Assembly (NCBI GenBank): GCA_028534125.1
Contig: CM052817.1
Span: forward strand, 22,136,001 to 22,200,000
From: Lama glama
Taxonomy: Eukaryota
DNA: 64,000 nucleotides
Reading direction: 5' to 3'
The notes below the pieces were generated by a model. The model was not told the origin of the DNA. It made no database searches and saw nothing but the letters and a program-made list of their open reading frames with translations. The position numbers and the translations under genes were made by a program. Of the stretch, positions 51,094-64,000 are shown piece after piece (within the stretch, counting starts at the first letter, position 1; each line of letters begins with the position of its first letter).

Positions 51094-52497
51094 ATGTTTA
51101 TATCCATGTCATCAAATTTGGGAACTTTTCAGCCATTATTTCTTCAAATATTTTCTCTGCCCCTGTCTCTCTCTTCTACTTCTGGAATTTTGACAATATG
51201 TGTGTGGATCTCCTTGATGGTGTCCCACAAGTCCCTGAGGCTCTGTTCACATTTCTTAAGTCTTTTTTACTTTGTTTCTTAGATCTGATAATTTTCATCA
51301 TTCTGTCTTTAAATTCACTGTTTTCTTTCTTTGTTTTGTGTGTGTGTGTGCTTTTTTTGTTTGTTTTTTTGTTTTTTGCTTTTTGTCAATTTAAATCTAC
51401 CTTTGAATTCCTCTAGTGAATTTTTCATTTCCATTATTATACTTTTCAGCTCCAGAATTTCTTTCTGGATCTTTTTAGGTTTTCTATCACTTTGTTGATG
51501 TTTCCATTTTATTCAAACATTATTTCCCTGACTTTCTCCACATCTTTATTTAGCTTTTTAAGCATATTTAAGATTGTTGCTTTAAAGTCTTTGTTTAGTA
51601 GATCCACCATCAGGTTTTTGTCAGGGACAGTTTCTGTTGATTGATTTTTTTCTTTGGATAAGCCATGCTTTCCTGTTTCTTTGTATACTTTGTGATGTTC
51701 TGGTTGAAAACTGAATGTCAAATAAGGTTCAGTTTTGAGTCAAACAATATGGCAACTTTGGAAAGCAAAGGCTTTCCTTTCCCCTGGGTTTGCTGGGTTT
51801 TGTTGTTGTTTAATTTTTTTAATTTTTTCGTAGGCTGTCTCTGTACTGAGGATCCGTGTGAGGTGTAACTTTAAGGTCTTCTCAGATCTTTTCTGAGTCT
51901 GCACCTTCCTCTGGGCATGTATGGTTTGTGTCTGTTTTCCCCCTTAATATGCTGTTGTTTATGAATGTCCTAGTCTTCAATATCTGGGTCCTAAAAGGGA
52001 AAAGTAAGAAAAATAAAAGACAGGAGGGAACAAAAGGTGACAGCCCTTTAAATTCTATGAAAGTCATTTCAGCCACAAAAGGAGGGTCTTGAAAGATCGA
52101 TGGAGGTGTAACAACAATGGCTGGCTACTTTTATGTCTGCACTTCTGTGATCAGAAGCAGAACTCAGTGATCAGAGCACATATCTCCAATATTTAAAGGA
52201 CAGAGTCCTTCTTGCCCATCTTAGCTTCATGCTCTGTGCAAACTTCTCTAGGAACATGTACACAGGTACCTGCCATACAGCTAAGGAGTGAGATATGGGT
52301 AGGTACTAATGTGCTAAGATCTGAAATTTATGAAAATTAATGACAGTTTACCATTCACATCATGATCTGAAAGTGGAGATCTTTAATAGTCTCCAGAGTT
52401 CTAAAATAGTTACATCAGACAGACTGCCAGTGCAATTGTTATCTAGTTGGGGAGAAAGGTTTCTGGTGCTCCCTACTCTGCCATCTTCCCAGAATTT
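51094..52497 (-). mobile_element. Old L1 (L1MC/L1MD-type) 5' UTR and ORF1 remnant
   Basis: tcaaatttgggaacttttcagccattatttcttcaaata.., a coiled-coil-like minus-strand ORF remnant at 51509-51721 (NKDFKATILNMLKKL), and 5'-terminal gccatctt (reverse of aagatggc) at ~52480. Confidence 0.85.
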
Positions 52498-52499
52498 TC

Positions 52500-53735
52500 T
52501 CATCAAGAGAGATATATTTTTACCACATTAACTATTATTTTTTGTTCAGTAAACATAAATTTGATTTATCTTAGTAATTACATGTGTATCATTTGTCATC
52601 CCTTTCTGACAATAAGTTTCCAGTTTGTGTAAAAATGTGTTTACTTTGTCATTATTTTGGGGGTATTTTCATTGAGTGTGGAATTGTAATCATTATTTTC
52701 TTTCAGCACTTTTAGTATATCACTGTATTATCCATGTCTTTCATTATTTCTATCAAGAAGCCAAATGATTGTCTTATTGTTGCTCCTTTTATGTTTTTCC
52801 TTCCTTCTTCCCTCCTTCCCTTCCTCTGCCTCCTCCCTTTTTTCTTTTTTCTTTCTTCTTTGTCTTCTTCCTTCTCTTTTTCTCTTCTCACTCTTCATTC
52901 TCTTCATCCTCTCATCCTCCTCCTCTCGTTCGCAATTAATAGACCACCTCAAATATGTAAATTACTGTCTTTTGACAGTTTTTGAGAATTCTTTAAGATA
53001 ATATATCTTCAAATAATGTTTACTGCCATTCACTTCCTTCTTTCCCTCTGAGACTCCAATTATATGTATATTTGAACTTTTTCTTATGCCCCACAAGTTT
53101 TAAAACTTTTTTGTGTACTTTTCATTTACCCCTCTGTGCTTCAGTTTATATGACTGATGCTAGTATACCTTCTAGTTGATGTCTTTTCTCTAGTCAGGGA
53201 CTGTGCTCACTCTCGGCTGGGTTGCGGCTCTAGTAATGCTTATTCTACCTCTAGGTTTCTGTTAGCTCTTACACGTGCTCAAGTGAGAGTCCTGACTGTT
53301 CTTCATGGTCCCTCTAGTTTTTGTTTTATAAAAAAGCAAGTAACTTAGTTTTGATTTTCAACATATTTTCACTTAGAAATTTAGCTTTCTGCTCAAGTTG
53401 TGCAGCCCAAAATTTCAGCGGATGTCCTAGAGAAAAAACAAACTATGTAGTGCCACACCCATGAGTCCTTCAAAAATTCTGCTGATTTTTCTGTCGCCAG
53501 CAGTGCCATCTTGTGTTCTTTGACTCTTTGTCTAGTAACAGAAATACCTCTAGGGCTCTGCTAGTTGCTGAATTCAGATTACCTCTCCATGGTTTACACT
53601 TTTCTGCAGCTTTAGCCCATTTCTGCTTTTTCTGTTCTCAAAAAGATTATTTCTCTGATTTATTTGGATTTTTAAATAGACTTTAGTAGAAGTACGAACC
53701 TACGAATAGCTGCTACCTATCACTCAGAAGCAAAA
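52500..53735 (-). mobile_element. Older L1ME-like remnant
   Basis: attattttctttcagcactttt..ccctctgagactccaattatatgtatatttga..ctctgtgcttcagttt. Confidence 0.6.
52794..52928. repeat. Polypyrimidine low-complexity tract
   Basis: About 135 nt almost entirely C/T. It explains the biased ORFs at 52728-53001. Confidence 0.9.
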
Positions 53736-54989
53736 CTATGTATTTATTAAATTAGCCAATTTCTAGAGCAACTGTGTGACAAATATTATATTGGAGAATT
53801 TCAACATTTATATTAGGAACACGTTACATATATTGTATATATATAATGTTAAATGTATATTCTAATGATAAAACTTTGTGAATAATACAATCACATCATT
53901 CAATTATAAAGGAGTGTAGAATTGTTAAAGTTTGTTTTGCCATCAGACAATATATTGGAGAATTTGATTTATTCTGAATTTTAAGCAAGTAAGCTGTTAT
54001 ATTAATGTATTAACACTCACAATCTGGTTTCAGAAACATTTGTTGTAACTTTGAAACTGAAAGATGGTAATTTTTTAAAGTGGGACCAGAGGGGAAAAAA
54101 TGTCTTACATAATACTCCAAATAAACTGAGTATCAAAGGGCATGAGGAGAAAATGCCTTACAAGTTTCCAGGAAATAAAAATTTAATTGAAAAAATCTGT
54201 CTTTCATGTGATAGTGAATGAGAAAGAATTCAGTTCAATTATGTTGAACTATGGACAATTTTCACAAAGCATAAAGTATAAATTAAAAGCAGCATTTAGA
54301 AAACTAGATTAGCTCTTTTGGAATAAGTTCATTTAAACATTTTTTACACTTATTCTTTTGTATGAACTTGTATTTTAAAATTTAGCAAATACAATCAGTC
54401 ATCCATGAAAACATCCAAACTTTGAAAAAATATTTTGGAAGACATTAATTCCTAAGATTGCCATTTTAAGCATGATTAGCATATATTTTAACTACCTTCT
54501 GCTGTGTGAAACTGATGATGATATTAGATTTTACTGAGAAAATGTTCTATTTAAAACCTCAAAATTTTCACACATTTAACTTATCAAAGCATTTTTATTT
54601 TAGAGGAAAAAATCCATTTATATTTCCTCTTATTCAAAAAAAATCCACAAAGTGATGAAGTGAATCGGGTTTTCTCATATTGCAATACATTTAACTAGAA
54701 AGCATTATTCATTTATGTCTTTAATCCCAGAGACTTGTATTTGCCTAACTTTTAAATACCATGCAGACTTAACTGAAGATTCCTGGTAATCAGTTTCAAC
54801 TTATTTTTCAATAAATTGGAAAACATCTAGAATTACTTATTATCCCAATATATATTAATTGCATTTTAAAAGAGTTTTCATCCATTCCCCTGCTATATTA
54901 AGTGCAAAAAGTCTAGTTTAATTTATGAATATTAAAGATGTTATACACTTGAGATCAGAAACCATACTCTGCTGATATCAGTATAGTTG

Positions 54990-55175
54990 TAGATAACACT
55001 TACTGAGTACTTGTCATGTGCCTGGGAATGTTAGGTACTACTCAAATCTTATTTTGCATATTCAGGAAAATAGAAATTATATCAATGAACTGACCGAATT
55101 TACAGGTCTCGTAAGTGGTGGAGCTAAACCTTGCATCCAGCCATCTGAATGTAGCAGCCATATCGCTAGTCACTA
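54990..55175 (-). mobile_element. MIR fragment
   Basis: taacacttactgagtacttgtcatgtgcctgg..cttattttgcatattcaggaaa..gtaagtggtggagct. Confidence 0.6.
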
Positions 55176-56266
55176 TTGTAGGACATCATCTGTAGCACAT
55201 CGTCTTCCAAAATATGAACTCCAAGCAAAAGACTCAGGAGATATGCATGTAAAGATCAAATTACTGGGTCAATTTTGTTATTGAGAGAACAGTTGGAGAC
55301 CTTTATTTAAATATTTGGCAAACATGAACATCTTAATATGAAACTGCAGAAGTAGAGAAATTCCCTTACTGGTTTCCAGGCGGAGCTGGCTGAATGCCAG
55401 GTTTCCTCTGCAATGGAGAAGGTCAGAATTCTTTCTGGACCTTCAGATGCCAATTTACCCCTCCTCCCCAGAGCTGGAATGAGTGACGGAGCAGAAAAAA
55501 AGACTAAGGGCCTTGAAATATTCATTATATTCATTTCTCTGCACATAGGTAAAAAGATGTTTGCCTTCCCTAAAATCCACTCTATTGTCATGTAGATAGA
55601 TAGACAGAACTCTTCATCAATAAAAGATCTAAATTAATAAAATGTTACAGCATTTTGTAGAAATTTGTTATATTTTCTTCTTTAGGATGCCAACATAGCA
55701 ATATTTTCAGAAATAAAGTTTGATTTCTGGAATTCTTAATCTGATTTTGTAATTTTTTCCATTAAGTCAAAATTTTGTGAGTTGAAGCATAATGTGTTAT
55801 TGCTCCAATGGCTTCCCAACATCTTTAAAATAATAAATATTCAGACATTTTTTAAATGCTAGTTCAAAAGAATGATTTATTTTTTATAGTTTCGTAGCAA
55901 CTCTGGCACTGCTTTTCTCTCTTTTTCGCAAGTGATAAAATCATAGGCCCGGATGCCAGTGTGCCAGTGCACCACAGCCAATGTGACTGTACACTGCACT
56001 TCCTGAAGCATCCTCTTGTGATAGCACGTTCATTTTACATTCATTCTCAAAACCAAAAAACACAATTTTCACTGGTTAATTGGTTACTTATTTGAGTAAA
56101 TAGAATTTTGCCCAAGTCAATACACATAAGATATTTACTTTGTAATTTGATTTTGTTTTACTTGCAAGCTATGGCCATCGAGTGACATGGATTTCAGTTT
56201 CAAGGCTTATGATCTAGTAGAACTATGGCCCAGTTAATTATGAAGCTTAATTACTATAATGAAGTG

Positions 56267-57079
56267 CAAGCATACCTCGGAGATATTGCGGGTCTGGTTC
56301 CAGACCACTATAATAAAGCAAAGACTGCAATAAAATGAGTCACACGAATTTTTTGCTTTCCCAGGGCATATAAAATGATGTTTATGCCTTACTGTAGCCT
56401 ATTAAGTGTGCAACAACATCATATCTTAAAAGATGTATATACTTAAATTAAAAAATTCTTTATTGTGAAGAATGTCTAACCATCATCTGAGCCCTCGGTG
56501 AATCGTAATCTTTTTGTCGGTCAAGGGTCTTGCCTTGATGTTAATGGCTGCTGACGGCCCAGGGTGCTGGCTGCTGAGGGTTGAGGTGACTGTGGCAATT
56601 TCTTAAGACTACAACAAAGTTTTCCACATAGATTGGCTCTTCCTTTCATGAATACTTAGAGGCCCTTGTTGGGTTATTAATCGAGCCTACTTTCAATATT
56701 GTTGTGTCTCAGGGAGTAGGGAGGACAGAGGAGAAAGAGAGATGACAATGAGGGGGTGACCAGCTGGTGGAGAGTCAGAACATGCCCAACATTTATAGAT
56801 GAAGTTCACCATCTTCTATGAGCATAATTTGTGACAACCCAAAACCACCGCCATAGTAATATCAAAGATCACTGGTCACAGACCACCATGACAAATACGG
56901 TAATAATGAAAACATCTGAAATACTGCTGGAATTATCAAAATATGACACAGTGACAGAAAGTGAGCAAATGCTTTTGGAAAAACAGTGCCAGTAGACTTG
57001 CTCAAGGCAGAGTTGCCACAAAACTTCAATTTGTTAAAAAACACATTACAACGAACAATAATAAAATAAGGCATGCCTG
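56267..57079 (-). mobile_element. Internally deleted Tigger1 (TcMar) with both TIRs
   Basis: Left end caagcatacctcggagatattgcgggt, right end ataaggcatgcctg followed by ta. The left flank is tg (decayed TA TSD). Confidence 0.92.
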
Positions 57080-57854
57080 TAGACCCAGCACTGCATGGGC
57101 CATTTAGGGGTTTCACATTATGAGGGTGTGGGTCACTCACCCTACAAAAAAAGGTATAATCTACAGATAAATTTCAATAGATCACAAATGGAGATCAATG
57201 TGACAAGTCACAGTTTGTTGTTAACAGTGGCAGGAGCTTTCACTTAAAGAAGGAATTAGAGTAGTGGGTGTAAGGAACTACCAGCCTTGACCCTAACCTA
57301 GGTCTCTGATCTTTTCAGTCACAGGAAGTGAAGTGAAGGATGTAAACCGTCGAGTTTTGGTCAGCACGGAGAATTTAGTCTTTAATGTAAATTACCTGGC
57401 TCTCTGCTTAATTTATATTATTTCCTGTTAATGGAATTTCTTAACAGAAACACAAGTGAGAAGATTGCTTATAAAATAATTGATAATCCTACCTGTCATG
57501 TAATATCAGGAGCACTGGAAACAGTGATATGCCAACAAGGCAATATTCCATTAGACTAATGACCTGGATAACTCATGAAAGAAGACTCTGACATGGGCAT
57601 GACGTGTAAATTCCTAACACATATAAATCTGTCCTTTATTACTACTACTGTTGTTGCTGTGACAAGGAAGTATTTTTATCAACAAAAGAAAAGGCAAACA
57701 ATATGAACTAAACCATTTCAAGAAAATATTTGGCCTTGATTGAAAACATGTACATCACCCTCATCACCTTACCACTCATGCAGTTTCTGATCTATTGAAT
57801 ATTCCTCCAAATTAAACCTTGAATCTCCATCTTCAGTTTTCATCTGCACCGCCA

Positions 57855-58760
57855 TTGCTCCAAGCCACAAATTAGATTCTCAGTAATGCCTTTTTCCCTC
57901 TCAAGAGTTCATCCCTTATTGCTTTGGTTAAAGGATTGTTCTCCAAGTCTTTCAGTGAAAATATTTTTCTGGTAAATTGCCCAGCCTTACATAGGATGTG
58001 CAATCTAGCACACTCAGTTCTCTGAGTCTTTTGTTCCTCTCTGCCACAGCAGCTCTAGAATCTCTAATTCCCTTAGTGTAGCCCATAAAATTTTCCAGTT
58101 TTCTAAGAGATGTATGAGCACCATGTTTGTGCAACTTCCCAGGGTTCTTACCCGAGTATTAGATCATGAGTTCCAGGGAAGTGCTCTCACGTCGATAAAC
58201 CTTCCCTTACCCAACCTTATCTTCTGCCCCCTGCCACTGCCCGTTTGACTCAGCATCCTCAAAAAATAGCCCCATTCACTGTGTTCTCCTGGATTCTGCA
58301 AGCACAGGTAGGTTACACATTTCGCTTTTTTCAGGGTACAGACCCTTTCCTTCCATTCTTCCCTTAGCAGTCTAGGCATTTCCCTGGCTGTGACTTAAAC
58401 TTAACTGTGGGCTTAAATGCCAGAAAGAGAGAGAGGGACACTTTGTGGAAGTCAGAGAATGTACTGTGTAATTTTCAACCAAGGAGGAATAGAAAACTTA
58501 GTAGATAGAGGTAGGCTACTTGCAATCTCAGGAGAATCTGGGGATTCATAACTTTCAAGTGCATCAACTCAGATATCTTAGTGACATATCACAGTAGCTC
58601 ATTCTTTCCTAATCAAGACCCTAATCTTGGCATAGCAGATGTGCCCAGGGGCCCCACTACCCTTGTGATTAAATATCAGGGCTCAGATTTTTCTGCTTGC
58701 TGACTGAAAGGAGATAAGAGTCTCCTTAGATACTTCTAAGTAGGTTATCTGATATCCACA
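57855..58760 (-). mobile_element. ERVL-class internal (gag) remnant
   Basis: The minus-strand ORF at 58164-58379 (QNPGEHSEWGYFLRMLSQ..GQKIRLGKGRFIDVRAL) resembles the ERVL gag motif Q.PGE.VWEWILRV.D.GGRNI.L...EFIDMG.L. Stops and frameshifts flank it. Confidence 0.75.
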
Positions 58761-58764
58761 ATTA

Positions 58765-59130
58765 ATTTTTTATAGGCTTCATTTTTAGAGCAGTTTTCAA
58801 TTCGCAACAAAATTGAGAGGGAAGTTCAGAGATTACATATATACCTCTGCCTCCACAAAGCCTCCTCCGTTATCAACATCACTCACCAGATGGTGCATTT
58901 GTTACTAAGGATGAGCCTAAATTGACACATTGTTATTGCCCAAAGTCCATAGTTTACCTTAGGGTTTACTCTTGGTATTGTGCATTGCGGGTTTGGATAA
59001 ATGTATAATGATGTATATACATGATTATATTGTCATACAGAATTTTTTTTCACTGCCCTAAAAATTCTCTATGTTCTGCCTATTAATTCCTCCTCACCCA
59101 TTTCACCCCTGGTGACCACTGATCTTTTAA
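58765..59130 (-). mobile_element. L1MC1/2-like 3' UTR
   Basis: ttttagagcagtttt..caaaattgag..tatcaacatc..ccaaagtccatagtttac..ttcactgccctaaaaatt..accactgatcttt. Confidence 0.85.
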
Positions 59131-59318
59131 TTTGAGAAGGATTGGTATGAGCTCTTCTTTGCATGTTTGATAGAATTCCCCAGTGAAGCCATTTGGTCCT
59201 GGACTTTTGTTTGCAGGGAGGTTTTTTTAATTGCTGATTCTATTTAACTTCTAGTGGTTGGTCTGTTCAAATGGCCTATTTCTTCTTGATTCAGTTTTGG
59301 CGGACTGTAGGTTTCCAG
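59131..59318 (-). mobile_element. L1 ORF2 internal fragment
   Basis: tttgagaaggattggtat..gtttgatagaattcccagtgaagccat-like segment..ggtcctggact..tatttcttcttgattcagttttgg. Confidence 0.85.
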
Positions 59319-61041
59319 TAATCCTTGCAGAGCTGTAATTCTGAGATTGTGCTGGAGGCTTGTGTTAGTTTCAGTTAAAGGATGGTTGTTACCTGCCCAG
59401 CTATCTCCATGCCTTTTCTCCTCATGGTCAGGTTGACTCCTAACAGTTGTGAATGTCTCTCATGGGAAGTCAGAGCTATTTATTTCTATCAATGACATTT
59501 TAAGATATCTGATTGCTGTAGAAAGGTCTATATGAATTTCAAATTGCTTTACTCAAATGAATTAGTGTTCTTTTCTATCTCTTCGAATATTATTACTGAA
59601 AATGTGTTGTGTTGTGTTGTTTCACTCTATTGCTTTTCTTTTCTTTTAAAACTCACAGAAACAGACATTTCTAAGACTCCCCAGAATTATGTCTTCTTTC
59701 TAAGACTTTAGCCTGGCAACTCTGTCCTATCTTCATTTCCTCTTTCCTTCTTTTCATTCTTTTTTTCTCTCCTTTCTTCTTTCACCATAAATCTAAGTCC
59801 AGATCCTTCTTTCTGTCATGTTGGTACAAGATTGGCGATGGTGATAGGATTAGACAAGAGGGCTTAGCTTCAGTAGATTTTTGCTTTTTTAAATTTATAC
59901 GCATTCAGATTTAGTCATTTTTGAAATGATATAAATGTTCCTTCAAAATCCTTGTTTTTTGCAAACTTCTCCAAAAATGGAATCAGAGTTATGAAGAAGG
60001 TGGCTTTGTTGACTCAGCACAATCAGGCTCAAGTATGGCAAGATCTTTGAGTGTGAAGATCAATATTCCGTATACCACAATGGTGTCAGTATTGTAGATG
60101 CCACTTGGTGATTTCCTAATATAACTTAACACTTATAACCCACTGTTTTAACATGTATTTAAACTCAATATTACTATATATGTACAAAGACTTCACCACG
60201 TCTGTTCTTCTGATATCTACCAGCAGATAGGCAAAAACATTTTATTACAAAGTATCTAAAGAACTAAGGAAAAGTTATGACTAAGGAATGAGATATAAAA
60301 TTAGCTCTATAGTCTTATTACAGAAACAGATTTGCTAGGTTATCATTACTTTTAATACTTCCATTGAAGTTATCATGATTTAATGAAAATCAAATTAATT
60401 TTGTGACATCAATGGCACATTTTGAATCTTGCCCTTACTACTCAGTTCTTGTGTTGATACTGTATGCATTTGTTCAAGACTGGAAAATTATGGGTTGGAG
60501 ATAGGCAGATGAATATAATGGGAAAAATCTGTTTCACAATTATGATGGAAGGCAAAGGAATCAAAGATTAAGAAAGACATCTTTGGAGAAAAAGTCACTG
60601 CTTAATTTAACTTATATTATTAATCAATAATTATTCGTATCATGCTTTTACTCTCTATTGTGACCGTAGGTCAAAGGAGCAAATTATTCAGCATTACAAA
60701 GATATCACAGAGATAAAATATTTGAATTTGCAAAGATTGTCAGTATACTTTCAACAAAAAATAAAGCACAACTTATTATCTCAAATGCCAAGAAGTATTG
60801 TGACAAAAACTGTTGAATACATCAAATATCCAGGAGGTTAGTTATTAAAACTGACATTGTCTATATAAAGCATGATTCTTTCATTCTTATACCCATGAGT
60901 TGAATATATGTGTCAATACTAGTTTTTAATGAATTGTAGCATTTGGCAGCTACTGTCACAACTTTCATATTAGTCAGTAGAATTTTACTCTATTAATTGT
61001 AGATTTATATTAGAATAATATTAGCTTATAATTTTTGTTCA

Positions 61042-61462
61042 TTTTGTTTTTTTAACATTTTTATTGATTTATAATCATTTTACAATGTTGTGTCAAATTC
61101 CAGTGTAGAGCACAATTTTTCAGTTATACATGAACATATATATATTCATTGTCATGTTCTTTTCTCTGTGAGCTACCATAAGATCCTGCATATATTTCCC
61201 TGTGCTATACAGTATAATCTTGTTTATCTATTCTACAATNNNNNNNNNNNNNNNNNNNNNNNNNNNNNNNNNNNNNNNNNNNNNNNNNNNNNNNNNNNNN
61301 NNNNNNNNNNNNNNNNNNNNNNNNNNNNNNNNNNNNNNNTGCTGCTATGAACATTGGGGTGCAGGTGTCATCCTGAAGTAGGGTTCCTTCTGGATATATG
61401 CCCAGGAGCAGGATTCCTGGGTCATACAGTAAGTCTATTCCTAGACTTTTGAGGAATCTCCA
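61042..61462 (-). mobile_element. Young 5'-truncated L1 3' end (same family as 16468-17242), spanning a gap
   Basis: The reverse complement closely matches 17110-17232 (ataatcattttacaatgttgtgtcaaattccagtgt). ORF2-end sequence follows the gap. Confidence 0.92.
61240..61339. other. Assembly gap (100 N)
   Basis: Run of N. Confidence 1.
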
Positions 61463-61644
61463 GGTTGTTTGTTTTACATTCTAAACCAGATCTAATAAGT
61501 TAATTTGTCTTAAAGTACTATTTTTTCCTGACTAGCTGAGAATACTTTATAATTCTGTAGGCAAACGTAGATAGGTGAATACTGCCAGAAGTCATTTTCA
61601 GGTTACTGCTGGTGAAGCTCCCCTTCACCAGCTCAGTTGCAGTG

Positions 61645-62187
61645 TAATTGTCCCAACTTATCTACAGGGAATATGTTCCAAGACCCCCAAAGGATGCCTG
61701 ACACTGTGAGGAGTGCCAAATTATATATTATATATATATATACTGTATATATATATATACTGTATTTTTTCTATACAAACATATCTATGATAGAGTTTAA
61801 TTAATTAATTAGTCGCAGTAAGAGAATATTCAGATTACCAGAATTGCTACTCTTGCACTTTCAGGTCATTATTAGATAAAATAAGGGTTCCTTGAACACA
61901 AGTACTGTGATATCTTGATAGTCAGTCATCAGTCTGACAACCCATCCCTAAGTGACTAATGGTTGGGTAGTATATGTGGATACACGGGACAAAGGGAGGA
62001 TTCACATTCTGTGCAGGACAGAGCAGGAAGGTGCAAGATTTCATCATACTACTCAGAACAGCACACAAATTAAAACTTAAAAATTGTTTATTTCTGGAAT
62101 TTTCCATTTAATATTTTTGGACCACGGTTGACTGCAGGTAATTGAAATTGTGGAAAGCAAAATTTCAGGTAAAGGGGGGACTACTAT
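61645..62187 (-). mobile_element. MER44 (Tigger7-derived) DNA transposon with an internal (TA)n tract
   Basis: atgttccaagaccccca..ataagggttccttgaacacaag..ggacaaagggaggattcac..tttctggaattttccatttaatattt..aaggggggactacta. Confidence 0.88.
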
Positions 62188-62858
62188 ATATAATTTTATC
62201 TTCCAGTAGAATTTGGCTATACTTGTTTATTTGCAAATGATAAAATGGAACATTTATGAATGTTCTCAGCAAACCCCTGTATCTTTTCATATTTATAATC
62301 CTGAACAACTATATTTTATCACTCTTTTCTGTAAGGTTAGTATTGCTCCTTATTGGGAAAGCAGAGTACTATAATAACTGCCTCATCCACCCCCATAGAC
62401 AGGAAAACAAAAATTCAAACTTACAGCACAGCATAACACAATTTGGTTGGAAATATATTCAGATTACATCATAAAAGCCAAAACTCTGAGGATAAACTCA
62501 CTTTCTTTTCTCCTTTCTGCATTTTACAAGCTTTTAAAAAAAAATAACTTTACTAATGGCACTACACTATTCTTTGGGCATGTGCAGGGAAGATAAGAGG
62601 AATATGAGGTGCTATATTCAATGATAACTCATCGCAGCAAAGGAAACAATAATTGTCAGCTGTAATAGGGTAACCCTCCCAGAAGAAAAACCCTAATGCA
62701 ATCTTGACACTAGAAAGTACAAACAAACAAACAACACTGAAATACTCACTTTATTTGTTCCTGTGATCGGTCATCCCAAAGTTTTTGTCACAACTGGGGC
62801 CACTATCTAGACTGTCAGTGCCGTTTGTAAGAGCTACCACAATAGGAAGTGAATCTGG

Positions 62859-63860
62859 GTTTAACTTCCAGAGTATGCAAACAGCCCATAGAACTCAATA
62901 GCCACAACACAAACAACTCAGTCAAAAAGTGGGCAGAAGACCTACAGACATTTCTCCAGTGAAGACATTCAGATGGCCAAAAGGCACATGAAAAAATGCT
63001 CAGTATCACTAATTATCAGACAAATGCAAATCAAAACTACAATGAGGAATCACCTCATACCAGTCAGAATAGCCATCATTCAAAAGTCCACCAATGATAG
63101 ATTTTAGAGAGAGCGTGAAGAAAAGGGAACCCATCTACATGGTTGTTGGGAATGTAATTTGGTGCAGCCATTGTGGAAAACAGTATGGAGATACCTTAAA
63201 AATGAAAAATAGACTTACTCTATGATCCAGTAATCCCACTCCTGGGCATATATCCATAGAAAACTCTAATTCAAAAAGATACATGCACCCTAATGTTCAT
63301 AGCAGCACTATTTACAATAACCAAGACATAGAAGCAGCCTAAATGTCCATCAACAGATGACTGGATAAAGAAGGCGTAGAACATATATACAGTGAAAGAC
63401 TACTCAGCCATAAAAAAGGATGAAATAATGCCATTTACAGCAACATGGATGGACCTAGAGATAATCATACTAAGTGAAGTAAATCAGACAAAGAAAAATA
63501 AATATCATATGATATCACTTATATGTGGAATCTAAAAAAGTGACACAAATGAACTTATTTACAAAACAAAAATGGACTCACAGACCTAGAAAACAAACTT
63601 ATGGTTACTAAAGAGAAAAAAGAGAGACAATGGGATAAACTAGGAGTTTGGGATTAGCAAATGCAAACTACTATATGCAAAATAGATAAACAAAAAGATC
63701 CTACTGTATAGCACAGGGAAGTATATTCAATAACTTGTAATAACCTATAAAGAAAAAGAATCTGAAAAAGAATATATATGTATATGTGAATCACTATGCT
63801 GTACACTAGAAACTAACATAACGTTTTAAATCAACTACACTTCAATTAAAAACACAAAAA
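62859..63860 (+). mobile_element. 5'-truncated L1 (~1 kb ORF2 C-terminus plus 3' UTR), artiodactyl-type
   Basis: aaatgcaaatcaaaactacaatgag..cccactcctgggcatatatcca..gcaacatggatggacctagag..ctgtatagcacagggaa..aaatcaactacacttcaattaaaa. Possible diverged TSD aggaagtgaatctgg / aggacacgaacctgg. Confidence 0.93.
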
Positions 63861-64000
63861 GAAGGACACGAACCTGGTCTTGGTCTAACTGTTTCCAAGT
63901 GTGTGCAGATACATGGATCTTCAGAAATTTCTAGAAATAAGGGCTGCTTATCAGGTTGCTCTCAGGTGAATCATTTGAATTTTCTTTTTCCATCTAACCC

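Noticed and set aside
52728..53001. Highly charged or hydrophobic ORFs
   Set aside because: Translations of a polypyrimidine low-complexity tract.
57133..57160. Minus-strand tttttttgtag-G-gtgagt (acceptor and donor 1 nt apart)
   Set aside because: Not a true AG|GT recursive junction, and a 1-nt exon cannot be supported.
1..64000. Prokaryotic/viral system, CRISPR array or operon
   Set aside because: The window is clearly mammalian repeat-rich DNA. It has no long ORFs and no regularly spaced repeat-spacer array.

Overview
AT-rich, CpG-poor mammalian genomic DNA that looks intronic or intergenic. It is most likely camelid (alpaca/camel-like), judged from three tRNA-Ala(AGC)-headed Vic-1-type SINEs and the young L1 3' ends. 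I could not identify any known protein-coding gene, RNA gene, CRISPR array or prokaryote-type system. The supplied ORFs are short chance frames, transposon remnants or gap artefacts. What the sequence supports is layered transposable-element history: ancient L2, MIR and L3; MaLR/ERVL LTRs and an ERVL gag remnant; MER63, Tigger1 and MER44 DNA transposons; old L1M pieces; ERV1-like solo LTRs; and lineage-young L1s and SINEs with target-site duplications (TSDs). There are two assembly gaps (500 N and 100 N), both inside young L1s. The three most notable observations are (1) an apparently full-length young L1 with a perfect 16-bp TSD whose body is collapsed into a gap, (2) a ~90-nt polyadenylated mRNA-like retrocopy with a TSD inside an MLT1 LTR, and (3) a ~70-80-bp segment duplicated 870 bp apart, with one copy inside a MER63 transposon and a reciprocal CpG-decay pattern. 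Several exon-like segments are reported as speculative only. Repeat subfamily names come from recalled consensus features, not a search, and boundaries of old elements are approximate. I found no convincing previously undescribed biological system.
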